NCBI GenBank assembly: GCA_963666365.2
Contig: CAXXNF010000002.1
Span: 1,312,001-1,376,000 of the forward strand
From: Syntrophales bacterium
GTDB lineage: Bacteria > Desulfobacterota > Syntrophia > Syntrophales > UBA2210
Length of the DNA stretch: 64,000 bases
Direction: 5' to 3'
The notes below the pieces were generated by a model. It had not been told where the DNA came from. It searched no databases and was given only the letters and a program-made list of their open reading frames with translations. The translations under genes and the position numbers were made by a program. Positions 20,532-30,139 of this stretch are shown in pieces. The number at the start of each line of letters is the position of its first letter. Position 1 is the stretch's first letter.

Positions 20532-21461
20532 ATGGATAAAAAGGTAACAGTCATCGGCGCCGGGTTTGTGGGCGCCATGGTCGGACAGCGAGTGGTTGAA
20601 AAAAATATCGCCGATGTGGCCCTGATTGATATTGTGGAAGGAATTCCCCAGGGCAAGGCCCTCGACATCGCCCAGTCCGCATCGGTGGAGGGGTTTGACG
20701 GTCGCATTACAGGGTCCAATGATTTTTCGGAAATGAAGGATTCGCAGATTGTCGTCGTGACGGCCGGATTTCCCCGCACGCCGGGTATGACCCGTGAAGC
20801 ACTTGCAAAAAAGAACGGCGGCATCATCTCCTTGGTGGTTTCACAGATCGTGACGTATGCCCCGGAAGCTGTCGTGATTGTCGTCACCAACCCCCTCGAT
20901 GTTATGACCCATCTGGCATGGAAGGTTTCGGGATTTCCCCCCTCCCGGGTTGTCGGCATGGGCGGCGTACTGGACGAGGCTCGGTTCAAGTATTTTCTGT
21001 CACAGGAGTTGCAGGTGTCGGTCAGGGATATCGAGGCCCTCGTTCTCGGCAGCCACGGTGAAGCGATGGTGCCGGTGGAACGTTTCACTACCGTGAAAGG
21101 CGTGCCGGTGAGCGAACGTATCCCCCGGAATCGTTTTGCCGAAATTATCGAGCGAACAAAACAGGGGGGCGCAGAAATCGTCTCCCTGCTGAAAAGCGGC
21201 AGCGCCTGGCATGCACCGTCGGCATCGGTCACCGCCATGATAGAGGCGATCATCCGCGACAGTAAGCGCATGCTTCCCGCGGCGGCCTATCTTCAGGGCG
21301 AGTACGGCATAGAAGGAACACATGTGGGGGTGCCGGTCATCCTCGGTGCGAAGGGTGTGGAAGGGATCTGTGAAATTCCACTTAACGACGAGGAGCTCAC
21401 TGCGCTTCAGCGGGCGGCCGATGCCGTTAATGAACTCTACAATTCGCTGAAAGCGGAGTAA
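20532..21461 (+). CDS. mdh: Malate dehydrogenase (LDH-like type)
   Basis: GAGFVG, GKALD, TAGFPRTPGMTR, VTNPLD, G.HG. Confidence 0.93.
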   Translation: MDKKVTVIGAGFVGAMVGQRVVEKNIADVALIDIVEGIPQGKALDIAQSASVEGFDGRITGSNDFSEMKDSQIVVVTAGFPRTPGMTREALAKKNGGIISLVVSQIVTYAPEAVVIVVTNPLDVMTHLAWKVSGFPPSRVVGMGGVLDEARFKYFLSQELQVSVRDIEALVLGSHGEAMVPVERFTTVKGVPVSERIPRNRFAEIIERTKQGGAEIVSLLKSGSAWHAPSASVTAMIEAIIRDSKRMLPAAAYLQGEYGIEGTHVGVPVILGAKGVEGICEIPLNDEELTALQRAADAVNELYNSLKAE

Positions 21462-23959
21462 TGCTTAATTCCTATTCCATAGAGACCCTACTTGCGCAGG
21501 TGCAGAAACCGGCTCGCTATACCGGCGGGGAAACAAATTCAGTGTGTAAAAATCCGGACAGATGCCGGGTATCATTTGCCCTGGCCTTCCCCGACGTGTA
21601 TGAAATCGGCATGTCCCATCCCGGTCTTCAGATCCTTTATTCGATTCTGAACCGGCAGCCTGCCATTGCGGCCGAACGGTGCTATGCCCCCTGGCCCGAC
21701 ATGGAAACACTGATGCGCGCACAGGGCATTCCGCTTTTTACGCTGGAGTCAAAGACACCGCTTCACCGTTTCGATATTGTCGGCTTTTCTCTTCAGTATG
21801 AACTTTCCTATACCAACGTGCTGGCTATGCTCAATCTGGGGGAAATCCCCCTGCGACAGAAGGATCGACGTGACGGCGATCCAATTGTGATCGCCGGCGG
21901 GCCCTGCGTGTTTAATCCGGAGCCGATGGCCCTTTTTTTCGATGCCTTTGCAATCGGAGAAGGAGAAGAACTGATAATCGAAATGGCCGAGGCCGTCGCC
22001 GAGGGGAAGGAAAAAAGGCGCTCGCGAAAAGCGATACTTGAAAGTCTCGCCGAACTGGAAGGGGTATATGTGCCGTCCGTTTTCAGAGGTTCCGCAAAAA
22101 TACGAAAACGCGTCGTCACCGATCTTAATCAGTCGACTCTTCCGGAACAACCGATTGTGCCCCTTATCAAAACCGTTCACGACCGGATCACACTGGAAAT
22201 TGCCCGCGGATGCACCCGGGGATGCCGCTTTTGCCAGGCGGGAATGGTGTGGCGACCGGCAAGAGAACGGACCCCGCAAGGACTCCTCGAAAATGCCGCA
22301 AAGGTGCTCGCCTCGACGGGATATGATGAAATATCGCTGCTTTCGCTCAGCGCCGGCGATTACAGCTGCATCGAATACCTGATCAGCGCTCTTATGAACC
22401 GGTACCACGAAAAGAGGATCGCCCTGGCCCTCCCTTCATTACGAACAGAGACGCTTACACCGCAACTGATCGATCAGATAAGAAGGGTGCGAAAAACCAG
22501 CTTCACCCTGGCGCCGGAGGCGGGAACTCAGCGCCTGCGCAATGTGATAAACAAGGGAAATACCGAGGAAAATCTGCTGACAACGGCACGAAGGGTCTAT
22601 GAAGGGGGCTGGAAATCCATCAAGCTCTATTTTATGATCGGGCTCCCCACTGAACGACGGGAAGATTTGGAAGGCATCGCCGATCTCGCCTACAAGGTGC
22701 TGAAGGAAGGCAATAACCGCCGCCAGGTCACCGTCAGCCTATCCACCTTTGTTCCTAAACCCCATACCCCCTTTCAATGGATGCGACAGATCGGCATCGA
22801 AGAAACAGGTGAGCGGCAGGAATTCTTCCGCCACAGGATCAGGCAGGGAAACCTTAAGCTCAAATGGCATGACCGGCGAATGAGTTTTCTCGAAGGCCTC
22901 ATATCGCGGGGAGACCGGAGTATCGGCGAACTGGTCGAACAGGTATTTTTGCAGGGATGCCGATTCGACGGATGGAGCGACCACTTTGATTTTACGCGCT
23001 GGGAAACCGCCATTTCAGACCTGAGAATCCGTCCGGACACATACCTGGGGGAACGCCGCCCCGCTGCACCCCTTCCCTGGGACCACATTGATTGCAGAAT
23101 CAACAAGGAGTTTCTTCTTGAGGAACTGGAAAAATCCTCTCGCGAATCGCCGACGGAAGATTGTCGTTTTGCCGTCTGCACAGGATGCGGCGCCTGTAAG
23201 GAAGGGATCAATGTCATAACGGCGGACCGTCCTGCGGTTGCCGACGTCGTGAATGCACCCCCGTCATTGACTGCGGACAGTTCATCGCATTCCGTCATGT
23301 CACTGCGCATTGCCTACACCAAGAGAGGCAACAGCCGTTTCCTCTCTCATCTCGATACATCGGCGGCGTTGATTCGAGCCATCACCAGAAGCGGATTTCG
23401 CTTTGTATACTCTAAGGGATTTCACCCCTATCCGAAGATATCCTTTCCGGGCGCCACACCTCTGGGTATGGAAAGCCTCTCCGAATACGCCGACATACAG
23501 GTCCAAAGAGAAGATCTGGACATGGTGCATATGAAAAGCCGCCTCAGCAATGCGCTCCCTTCGGGCATGGAAATTCTGCAACTCACCGAACTCGCACCGG
23601 ACAGACAGTCACTCTCGAAGGAGATTACCGGCTTTGTCTACCAAGTCTCTTTTGGCACATCTGACCAACCTGTGTTCTCCGGCTTGTCCCAGCGGATAGC
23701 ACGCTTTCTAAAAACAGAGAAAGCGACCATCACCCGGATGGCAAAGGGTAAAGAAACGACGCGCGACATTCGTCCACTGGTTGATTCCATTGTGTGCAAC
23801 GAAGATACGTTGACAATTGATATGATTTTGCGGTTAAATGACCGAGGTGCTGTACGGCCCCTCGAACTTCTCACCACCGTGCTCGAAGTCGATGAAAAAT
23901 CAGCCGAAAGAGCGCGAGTCATAAAAAAGGAGACCCTCTTCGTTAAAGAGGCGCACTAG
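21461..23959 (+). CDS. TIGR03960-like B12-binding radical SAM protein fused to a DUF2344/TIGR03936-like domain
   Basis: KPARY.GGE, FPDVYEIGMS, RGCTRGCRFC (CxxxCxxC); C-terminal FLSHLD...YSKGFHP.PKISF. Confidence 0.9.
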   Translation: MLNSYSIETLLAQVQKPARYTGGETNSVCKNPDRCRVSFALAFPDVYEIGMSHPGLQILYSILNRQPAIAAERCYAPWPDMETLMRAQGIPLFTLESKTPLHRFDIVGFSLQYELSYTNVLAMLNLGEIPLRQKDRRDGDPIVIAGGPCVFNPEPMALFFDAFAIGEGEELIIEMAEAVAEGKEKRRSRKAILESLAELEGVYVPSVFRGSAKIRKRVVTDLNQSTLPEQPIVPLIKTVHDRITLEIARGCTRGCRFCQAGMVWRPARERTPQGLLENAAKVLASTGYDEISLLSLSAGDYSCIEYLISALMNRYHEKRIALALPSLRTETLTPQLIDQIRRVRKTSFTLAPEAGTQRLRNVINKGNTEENLLTTARRVYEGGWKSIKLYFMIGLPTERREDLEGIADLAYKVLKEGNNRRQVTVSLSTFVPKPHTPFQWMRQIGIEETGERQEFFRHRIRQGNLKLKWHDRRMSFLEGLISRGDRSIGELVEQVFLQGCRFDGWSDHFDFTRWETAISDLRIRPDTYLGERRPAAPLPWDHIDCRINKEFLLEELEKSSRESPTEDCRFAVCTGCGACKEGINVITADRPAVADVVNAPPSLTADSSSHSVMSLRIAYTKRGNSRFLSHLDTSAALIRAITRSGFRFVYSKGFHPYPKISFPGATPLGMESLSEYADIQVQREDLDMVHMKSRLSNALPSGMEILQLTELAPDRQSLSKEITGFVYQVSFGTSDQPVFSGLSQRIARFLKTEKATITRMAKGKETTRDIRPLVDSIVCNEDTLTIDMILRLNDRGAVRPLELLTTVLEVDEKSAERARVIKKETLFVKEAH

Positions 23960-23961
23960 CT

Positions 23962-25470
23962 ATGGCGAAAGAAATGATCTTTAACTGCAAGGAATACGAA
24001 ACGAGAATCGCCATGCTTGACAATAAAACTCTGTCGAATCTTTACGTGGAAAGGACGGACGAACGGTCCATAGCGGGAAATATTTATACGGGAAAGGTTG
24101 TCAGGGTGCTCCCGGGAATGCAGGCGGCTTTTGTCGATATCGGACTGGGAAGAACCGCCTTCCTCTATGTGGCGGATGCCTGCATAGAAAATCAAGCTCT
24201 GGATTTGCTGGTTTCGGAAGAGGAAGAAGAAAACCTCGAAGGCAAATGGGAATTCAAGCCGCATCCCTGTGCAATTGAAGACATACTTCGGGAAGGCCAG
24301 GAAATTCTGGTGCAGGCATCCAAGGAACCCCTCGGCAGCAAGGGCGCCAGAGTCACCGCCTACATATCGCTCCCCGGCAGAAACCTTGTGGCCATGCCCA
24401 CTGCGCGGCATGTGGGCATATCAAGAAAAATAATCGATGAATCGGAACGGGAGAGGCTCAGAAAGATTATCGAAGAGCTCCGACGCCCCGATTTCGGCTT
24501 TATTGCCAGAACGATGAGCGAAGGTAAAAAGGAAGGCGAGTTAAAGCAGGACGTCGATTTTCTCGTCAGACTGTGGGATGACATCAAGGCAAAGAGAACC
24601 AGAGTCGGTGTTCCCGGTCTTGTGCACAAGGAACTCAGCATGACCCTGCGCGCAATCAGGGACCTCTACACGGAGGATATGTCCCGGATTGTGATCGATT
24701 CTAAAAAGGAACACGAAAAGATCGATGAGTTTATGAAAAATTTCATGCCCGGTGTTTCCTACACCCTTGAGCTGTATGAGGATATCGAACCCATTTTCGA
24801 CCATTTCGGCATTGAAATTGATGTGGGGAAACTTTTCGACAAAAAAGTGTGGCTCAAGTCGGGCGGCTATATAGTGATCGAGGAAACCGAGGCGCTTTGC
24901 GCAATTGACGTCAACACGGGCAAATATGTAGGGAAACGCAACCTGGAGGATACCATCCTGAAAACCAATCTCGAAGCCGTAAAGGAAATTGCCCACCAGC
25001 TTCGCGTGCGGAACATCGGCGGCATAATCATTATAGATTTCATCGACATGATGGACGAAATCAACAGGGAACTGGTGTTCAACGCCATGAAATCCGAATT
25101 GGAAAAAGACCGTAACAAAACCAGCATCCAAAAGATTTCGGAACTGGGTCTTATAGAAATGACACGGCAGCGCAGAAGAAAGAGTCTTTCAAAAATCATG
25201 TGTGAATCCTGTCCTCACTGCGGGGGACGCGGCATCGTAAAATCAAAAACAACGGTCTGCTACGAAATATTCAGAGAACTTGAGAGGGAGTCTGCCCGGA
25301 ATCTGACAAAAACAATCTGCCTCCTTGTGCACCCCGATGTGGCCCATATGCTGATGGAAGATGAACGCAAACTTCTGGAAAAACTGGAGCAGAGATTAAC
25401 AAAAAGAGTTATTATACAAACCGACAACAGCTTCAACCAGGACAATTACGAAATTATACCCATGCACTGA
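23962..25470 (+). CDS. rng: Ribonuclease G (Rne/Rng family)
   Basis: GNIY.G.V.RVLPGMQAAFVDIG, IDVNTG, GGIIIIDFIDM, CPHCGG. Confidence 0.93.
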   Translation: MAKEMIFNCKEYETRIAMLDNKTLSNLYVERTDERSIAGNIYTGKVVRVLPGMQAAFVDIGLGRTAFLYVADACIENQALDLLVSEEEEENLEGKWEFKPHPCAIEDILREGQEILVQASKEPLGSKGARVTAYISLPGRNLVAMPTARHVGISRKIIDESERERLRKIIEELRRPDFGFIARTMSEGKKEGELKQDVDFLVRLWDDIKAKRTRVGVPGLVHKELSMTLRAIRDLYTEDMSRIVIDSKKEHEKIDEFMKNFMPGVSYTLELYEDIEPIFDHFGIEIDVGKLFDKKVWLKSGGYIVIEETEALCAIDVNTGKYVGKRNLEDTILKTNLEAVKEIAHQLRVRNIGGIIIIDFIDMMDEINRELVFNAMKSELEKDRNKTSIQKISELGLIEMTRQRRRKSLSKIMCESCPHCGGRGIVKSKTTVCYEIFRELERESARNLTKTICLLVHPDVAHMLMEDERKLLEKLEQRLTKRVIIQTDNSFNQDNYEIIPMH

Positions 25471-25505
25471 CAAACCGCTTTTTACACTAATTGAAGGAGG
25501 TGAAT

Positions 25506-27008
25506 ATGGTTGATTACGATGTAATTGTCATCGGCGCCGGCAATGGAGGGCTTACCGCGGCAGCCGGGCTGGCAAGGCGGGGCATTAACGTACTGCTCCT
25601 TGAACGTCACAATGTTCCCGGCGGGTGCGCCACCAGTTTTGTACGGGGCCGATTCGAATTCGAAGTGGCGCTGCATCAACTGAGCGGCCTGGGAACCCCG
25701 GAACAACCGGGACCTCTCAGAGGGCTTATGCACCGCCTTGGCGTTCTCGACAAGGTGGACTTCGTGGAAGAGGACACCCTTTATCGCGCCGTGATTCCCG
25801 GCACATTCAGCGTCACGCTGAAAGCGAACAGGACGGAACTCGTGGCCGGTCTCAAAGATAAATTTCCTGAAGAGGGTGCGGCGATAGAAAAATTTTTCAC
25901 CCTTGTCTGGGATTTCAGCGCCCAGATGATATCGGTCTATTACCTGAAGGATCCCGAAACATCCAAAGAGAAATACCCGCTCTATTTTAAGTACGCACTA
26001 AAAACCACCCAGGAAGTATTGGACTCTTTTTTCAAGGATCCTTACCTCAAGATGGCAATCGCCTCATACTGGGGCTATGTGGGGCTTCCACCGTCACGCC
26101 TTTCCTTTACCGACATGGCGATTCTCCTCTGGTCCTATACAGAATTCAAGCCTTACCACATGAAAGGGGGATCGCAGGCGCTGTCCAATGCCATTCTGGA
26201 TACTTTCATTGCCGCGGGGGGAAGCGCACGCTTCAATTGCGGCGCTGAAAAAATCATCCTTTCGGAGGGGCGGGCCAGAGGGGTGATTACGGAGAATGGC
26301 GAAGAGATCAGCGCATGGGCGGTGATCTCCAATGCCAGCACCATTACGACATATACGGAACTGCTCGATTCTGCCGCGGTAGATGCGGACACGCTGAGAA
26401 TGCTCGGCTCGAGATCCCTCGGCCCCTCAGCGGTGTGTGTATACTGTGGTCTCGACTGTGAACCGAAGGATCTGGGCATCGATGTGAGCACCCAGTTTAT
26501 TACCCTCAATACCGATATGGACCGTCAGTTCGCCACATGGCGGACGCTGGATGCGCCGGAAACCTGCGGCATGACCTGCTACGACGTGGCGGACCCCGAG
26601 TTCTCCCCGGAGGGGGCCTGTCAGGTCGTCCTCATCATGCTTCAGTATGCCGATCACTGGTATGCAATTCCACCGACACAGTACGCAGACGCCAAATACC
26701 GCTATGCAAAGGGACTGCTCAACATTGCCGACCGGGCATACCCCGGCTTTATCGATGCCCTGGAAGAGGTGGAAGTCTCCACGCCCCTGACCCACTTGCG
26801 GTATCTGGGTCATCCCGGCGGCGCCTTTTACGGATTCGATCAGTACTCCAAAGATTCGAACCTTTTTGTATCGCCCCTGTCGGGCATCGAGGGGCTCTAT
26901 TTCGCCGGCGCCTGGGCCGGCATGGGAGGGTTTCAACCGACACTGGAATCGGGTGTGGCCGCTGCAAAAGCAGTGCAGGGCTATCTTGAGAAGCGAGGTG
27001 CGCTATGA
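25506..27008 (+). CDS. Phytoene-desaturase/retinol-saturase-like FAD oxidoreductase
   Basis: GAGNGGL..LLERH..PGG..TSF.RG..EF, STPLT, GLYFAGAW...GG. Confidence 0.85.
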   Translation: MVDYDVIVIGAGNGGLTAAAGLARRGINVLLLERHNVPGGCATSFVRGRFEFEVALHQLSGLGTPEQPGPLRGLMHRLGVLDKVDFVEEDTLYRAVIPGTFSVTLKANRTELVAGLKDKFPEEGAAIEKFFTLVWDFSAQMISVYYLKDPETSKEKYPLYFKYALKTTQEVLDSFFKDPYLKMAIASYWGYVGLPPSRLSFTDMAILLWSYTEFKPYHMKGGSQALSNAILDTFIAAGGSARFNCGAEKIILSEGRARGVITENGEEISAWAVISNASTITTYTELLDSAAVDADTLRMLGSRSLGPSAVCVYCGLDCEPKDLGIDVSTQFITLNTDMDRQFATWRTLDAPETCGMTCYDVADPEFSPEGACQVVLIMLQYADHWYAIPPTQYADAKYRYAKGLLNIADRAYPGFIDALEEVEVSTPLTHLRYLGHPGGAFYGFDQYSKDSNLFVSPLSGIEGLYFAGAWAGMGGFQPTLESGVAAAKAVQGYLEKRGAL

Positions 27009-28165
27009 CGAATCGAGACTTCAGAGAGGATATCGAGGGGTATAAGGAGTTGAAGGAGGAAATAAGCGTCCTTCAGAAATACGCCCTTGAGCGTACCTGG
27101 GAGCGGGGCCTCGTGAACCGGGTCATTGAAAGACTCCATCCGAAGCGGCTCGATCTTGTCGTATCGGAGGTAAGGGAAGAAACGGCAAGCGCCAAAACCC
27201 TGCGAATGGTTTCCCCCGGGGGATATTTGCCCCCGTTCCAGGCGGGTCAGTACCTCAATCTTTTTGTAACGCTTGCAGGCGTCAGAACGGCCCGTCCGTA
27301 CAGCATTGCATCGTCCCCCGCCCAGACCGGCTACTATGACATTACGGTACGAAGGGTCGATGAAGGTTTTGTATCGAACTACCTCCTCGATGAGGTAAAA
27401 CCGGGAGACCGTTTCGAAAGTACGGGCCCGGAAGGACATTTCTACTACAATCCGCTTTTTCACGGACGCGATCTGGTTTTCATCGCAGGTGGAAGCGGCA
27501 TCACCCCGTTCATGAGCATGATCCGCGATGTGACGGACAGGGGAATCGATCGCGCTATCCATCTCATTTACGGAAGCAGGAATCCCGGCGACATTATCTT
27601 CGGCGATGAACTTGCCGACAGGGCACGGCGGCACAAAAATCTGACATACACACCGGTTATTTCGGAGCCTCCCCCCTCATATAAAGGACGCGCCGGGTTT
27701 ATCACCGCCGCGCTCATGGGCGAACTTGTGGGCGATATTTCAGGCAAGATGTTCTATCTCTGCGGTCCCGAAGCGATGTACCGGTTCTGTCTGCCTGAAC
27801 TGGCAACGATGAATATCCCTCAAAAGCGTATTCGCCGCGAGATATTCGGGCCCCCGAAAGATATTACCGCCGAACCCGGATGGCCCAAGTCGTTGTCAAA
27901 AGACGCCACGGTGACGGTAGCGCTCAAAGGCGGCCCCACCCTGACCGCCCTGGCGGGAGAACCACTTATAATATCACTGGAACGCGCAGGGATTGCTGTA
28001 CCCAATGCGTGCCGTTCAGGAGAGTGCAGCCTCTGCCGGACAAAGCTTCTTTCAGGCGAAGTGTTTCAGCCGGCAGGCGTGAAGGTAAGAAAATCGGACA
28101 GGCGCTTCGGCTATATTCATGCCTGCATGGCCTATCCGTTGACGGACCTGGAGATCATGATTTAG
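27005..28165 (+). CDS. FAD/NAD(P)-binding reductase with C-terminal [2Fe-2S] ferredoxin (PaaE/Hcr-like)
   Basis: RPYSIAS, AGGSGITP, YLCGP, CRSGECSLC...C; 4-bp overlap with the upstream gene. Confidence 0.88.
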   Translation: MTNRDFREDIEGYKELKEEISVLQKYALERTWERGLVNRVIERLHPKRLDLVVSEVREETASAKTLRMVSPGGYLPPFQAGQYLNLFVTLAGVRTARPYSIASSPAQTGYYDITVRRVDEGFVSNYLLDEVKPGDRFESTGPEGHFYYNPLFHGRDLVFIAGGSGITPFMSMIRDVTDRGIDRAIHLIYGSRNPGDIIFGDELADRARRHKNLTYTPVISEPPPSYKGRAGFITAALMGELVGDISGKMFYLCGPEAMYRFCLPELATMNIPQKRIRREIFGPPKDITAEPGWPKSLSKDATVTVALKGGPTLTALAGEPLIISLERAGIAVPNACRSGECSLCRTKLLSGEVFQPAGVKVRKSDRRFGYIHACMAYPLTDLEIMI

Positions 28166-28199
28166 ACAGGCTCACATTAAAAATAGAAAGGAAGGTATT

Positions 28200-28988
28200 A
28201 TGGATTTATCGTTGTTTTCGTGTGAAGGAAAAGTCGCCCTTATCACCGGGGGAAGCCGCGGGATCGGCCGCGCCGCAGCCCTTGCGCTGGCTGATGCAGG
28301 CGCCACCGTCGTGGTGGCCAGCAGAAAAATCGCCGACCTCGAAGAGGTAGCCGAAGAAATTAAGGCCAAAGGAGGCAAGGCAATGGCGATTGCATCCCAT
28401 GTGGCCAAAATGGAAGAATCAAAGGCCCTTATCGAAAAGGTGACCAAAGAATTCGGGCGTCTTGACATGCTGATGAATAACGCCGGCACCAACCCCTACT
28501 ACGGACCGTTGATGGATCAGGACGAAAAAACCTGGGACATCACAATGAATGTAAACCTGAAGGGGCTTTTTTTCCTCAGCCAGCTTGCGGCACGGGTCAT
28601 GAAAACTCAGGGCGGGGGAAGCATCATCAACACCTCTTCCATCGGCGGCATGCGGGCGGGTGAGCTGGGGGTATACTGCGTCACAAAGGCCGCAGTCATC
28701 ATGCTGACCGAGGTCATGTCAAAGGAATGGGGCCAGCACAACATACGGGTGAACGCCATCGCACCGGGAATCATTAAAACCCGTCTCAGCGAAGCGCTCT
28801 GGAAAGATCCGGAAGTGAACAAGGCTGCGGTCGCGCGGATTCCGCTCATGCGTCTGGGAGAACCGGAGGAGCTGGGCGGGGTGGTGGTATTTCTTACCTC
28901 AGAGGCCGGCAGCTATATCACGGGCGAGACGATCGTGATTGATGGCGGATGCCTCCTTGGAGAACCGGCGCACCTGGAGAAAAAATAA
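28200..28988 (+). CDS. Short-chain dehydrogenase/reductase
   Basis: TGGSRGIG, NNAG, YCVTK. Confidence 0.9.
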   Translation: MDLSLFSCEGKVALITGGSRGIGRAAALALADAGATVVVASRKIADLEEVAEEIKAKGGKAMAIASHVAKMEESKALIEKVTKEFGRLDMLMNNAGTNPYYGPLMDQDEKTWDITMNVNLKGLFFLSQLAARVMKTQGGGSIINTSSIGGMRAGELGVYCVTKAAVIMLTEVMSKEWGQHNIRVNAIAPGIIKTRLSEALWKDPEVNKAAVARIPLMRLGEPEELGGVVVFLTSEAGSYITGETIVIDGGCLLGEPAHLEKK

Positions 28989-29127
28989 CATGCCCGACAA
29001 TAACGCCGGCGCCGGCGACACACTACAGTCGCTCCCGCGCCGGCGGTTCTTTACAGGAACGTGGCCCCGACAGGCCGATCCAAAGAATTGTCACACTATT
29101 ACGCACTAACGACACAAGGAGGAACAT

Positions 29128-29538
29128 ATGCAGATTACATCGGTCGATCATATCAGTTATGCGGTAACCGACATCGACAAAGTCATTGAATCGTGGTCGA
29201 AACTTTACGGCATCGGTCCCTGGACATTCAGAGAAAACAGCGGCACCGACGTAAAGGGAAGACCCTGGGCAATTCGCATGGCCTTCGCGTACCTGGGTCC
29301 TGTGGAGATCGAACTTGTCCAGTGTACGGAAGGAAGGATTTTCCAGTCAAAATTCATCGATAAATGGGGTGAAGGTGTGCACCACCTGGGCTTCTGGGTC
29401 GACGATGTCGATGCCGAGGTTGCAAAACTCGTCGCAGAAGGGGCCAATCTGCTCATTCATGATCCGGGCAAATTCGCCTACCTCGATGCAGGCGGCCCGG
29501 GCGGCGCCATATTTGAGCTTATGCAGCGAAGAGATTGA
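29128..29538 (+). CDS. VOC-family protein (methylmalonyl-CoA epimerase-like)
   Basis: DHISYAV, EIELVQ, GEGVHHLGF, FELM. Confidence 0.85.
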   Translation: MQITSVDHISYAVTDIDKVIESWSKLYGIGPWTFRENSGTDVKGRPWAIRMAFAYLGPVEIELVQCTEGRIFQSKFIDKWGEGVHHLGFWVDDVDAEVAKLVAEGANLLIHDPGKFAYLDAGGPGGAIFELMQRRD

Positions 29539-29581
29539 TCTTGTCGAAGGACGTCACTTTTTAATGAGAGGGGACGCTGAC

Positions 29582-30076
29582 ATGACCGGAGCATCATTTC
29601 TGCACAGAGGGGGCCTTCTGTTTATCCTGACGGTCCTTTCAATGGCACTTGGCTGTGTCGGCGTTTTTCACTCTCTCAGATCAGCGACCGTGACCATAAG
29701 CGACCTGCGTGTAGTGGAAGTGCGCCCCTTCGAAACGGAATTACTGGTGCATCTCAGGATCATCAATCCCAGCGAACTTCCCTGCACAGTAGAGGGAATT
29801 GCCTGCACTCTGTCGCTGAACGACCGTAAATTCGGCACAGGCGTGGCAAAAATTACGCAAACGATCCCTGCATACGACACGGCTCTGGTTCCTGTAGTGG
29901 TCTATTCTTCAATGATCGATCTGATGCGGGGATTTCTGAAACTTCGTGAACAGGACCAGTGTTCTTACAAGATTGAGGGATCCTTGCGGATTGCCGCAGG
30001 CGATTCCCTTCCTTCTCATATCGCTTTTGTAAATGAAGGAACCCTGGACGTGAAAAGACTGAAAGGAATACAGTAA
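29582..30076 (+). CDS. LEA type 2 (WHy domain) protein, probably exported
   Basis: Hydrophobic N-terminus with LGC; LRIINP...LSLND...G.G pattern. Confidence 0.7.
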   Translation: MTGASFLHRGGLLFILTVLSMALGCVGVFHSLRSATVTISDLRVVEVRPFETELLVHLRIINPSELPCTVEGIACTLSLNDRKFGTGVAKITQTIPAYDTALVPVVVYSSMIDLMRGFLKLREQDQCSYKIEGSLRIAAGDSLPSHIAFVNEGTLDVKRLKGIQ

Positions 30077-30139
30077 CCAGCGTTGACTGCCTGTTACCTT
30101 CATTGAAAAAACAGACAAAAAGAGAAAGAGGAAAAAGAG

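Noticed and set aside
20033..21271. 412-aa minus-strand ORF
   Set aside because: Antisense shadow of mdh; no motifs
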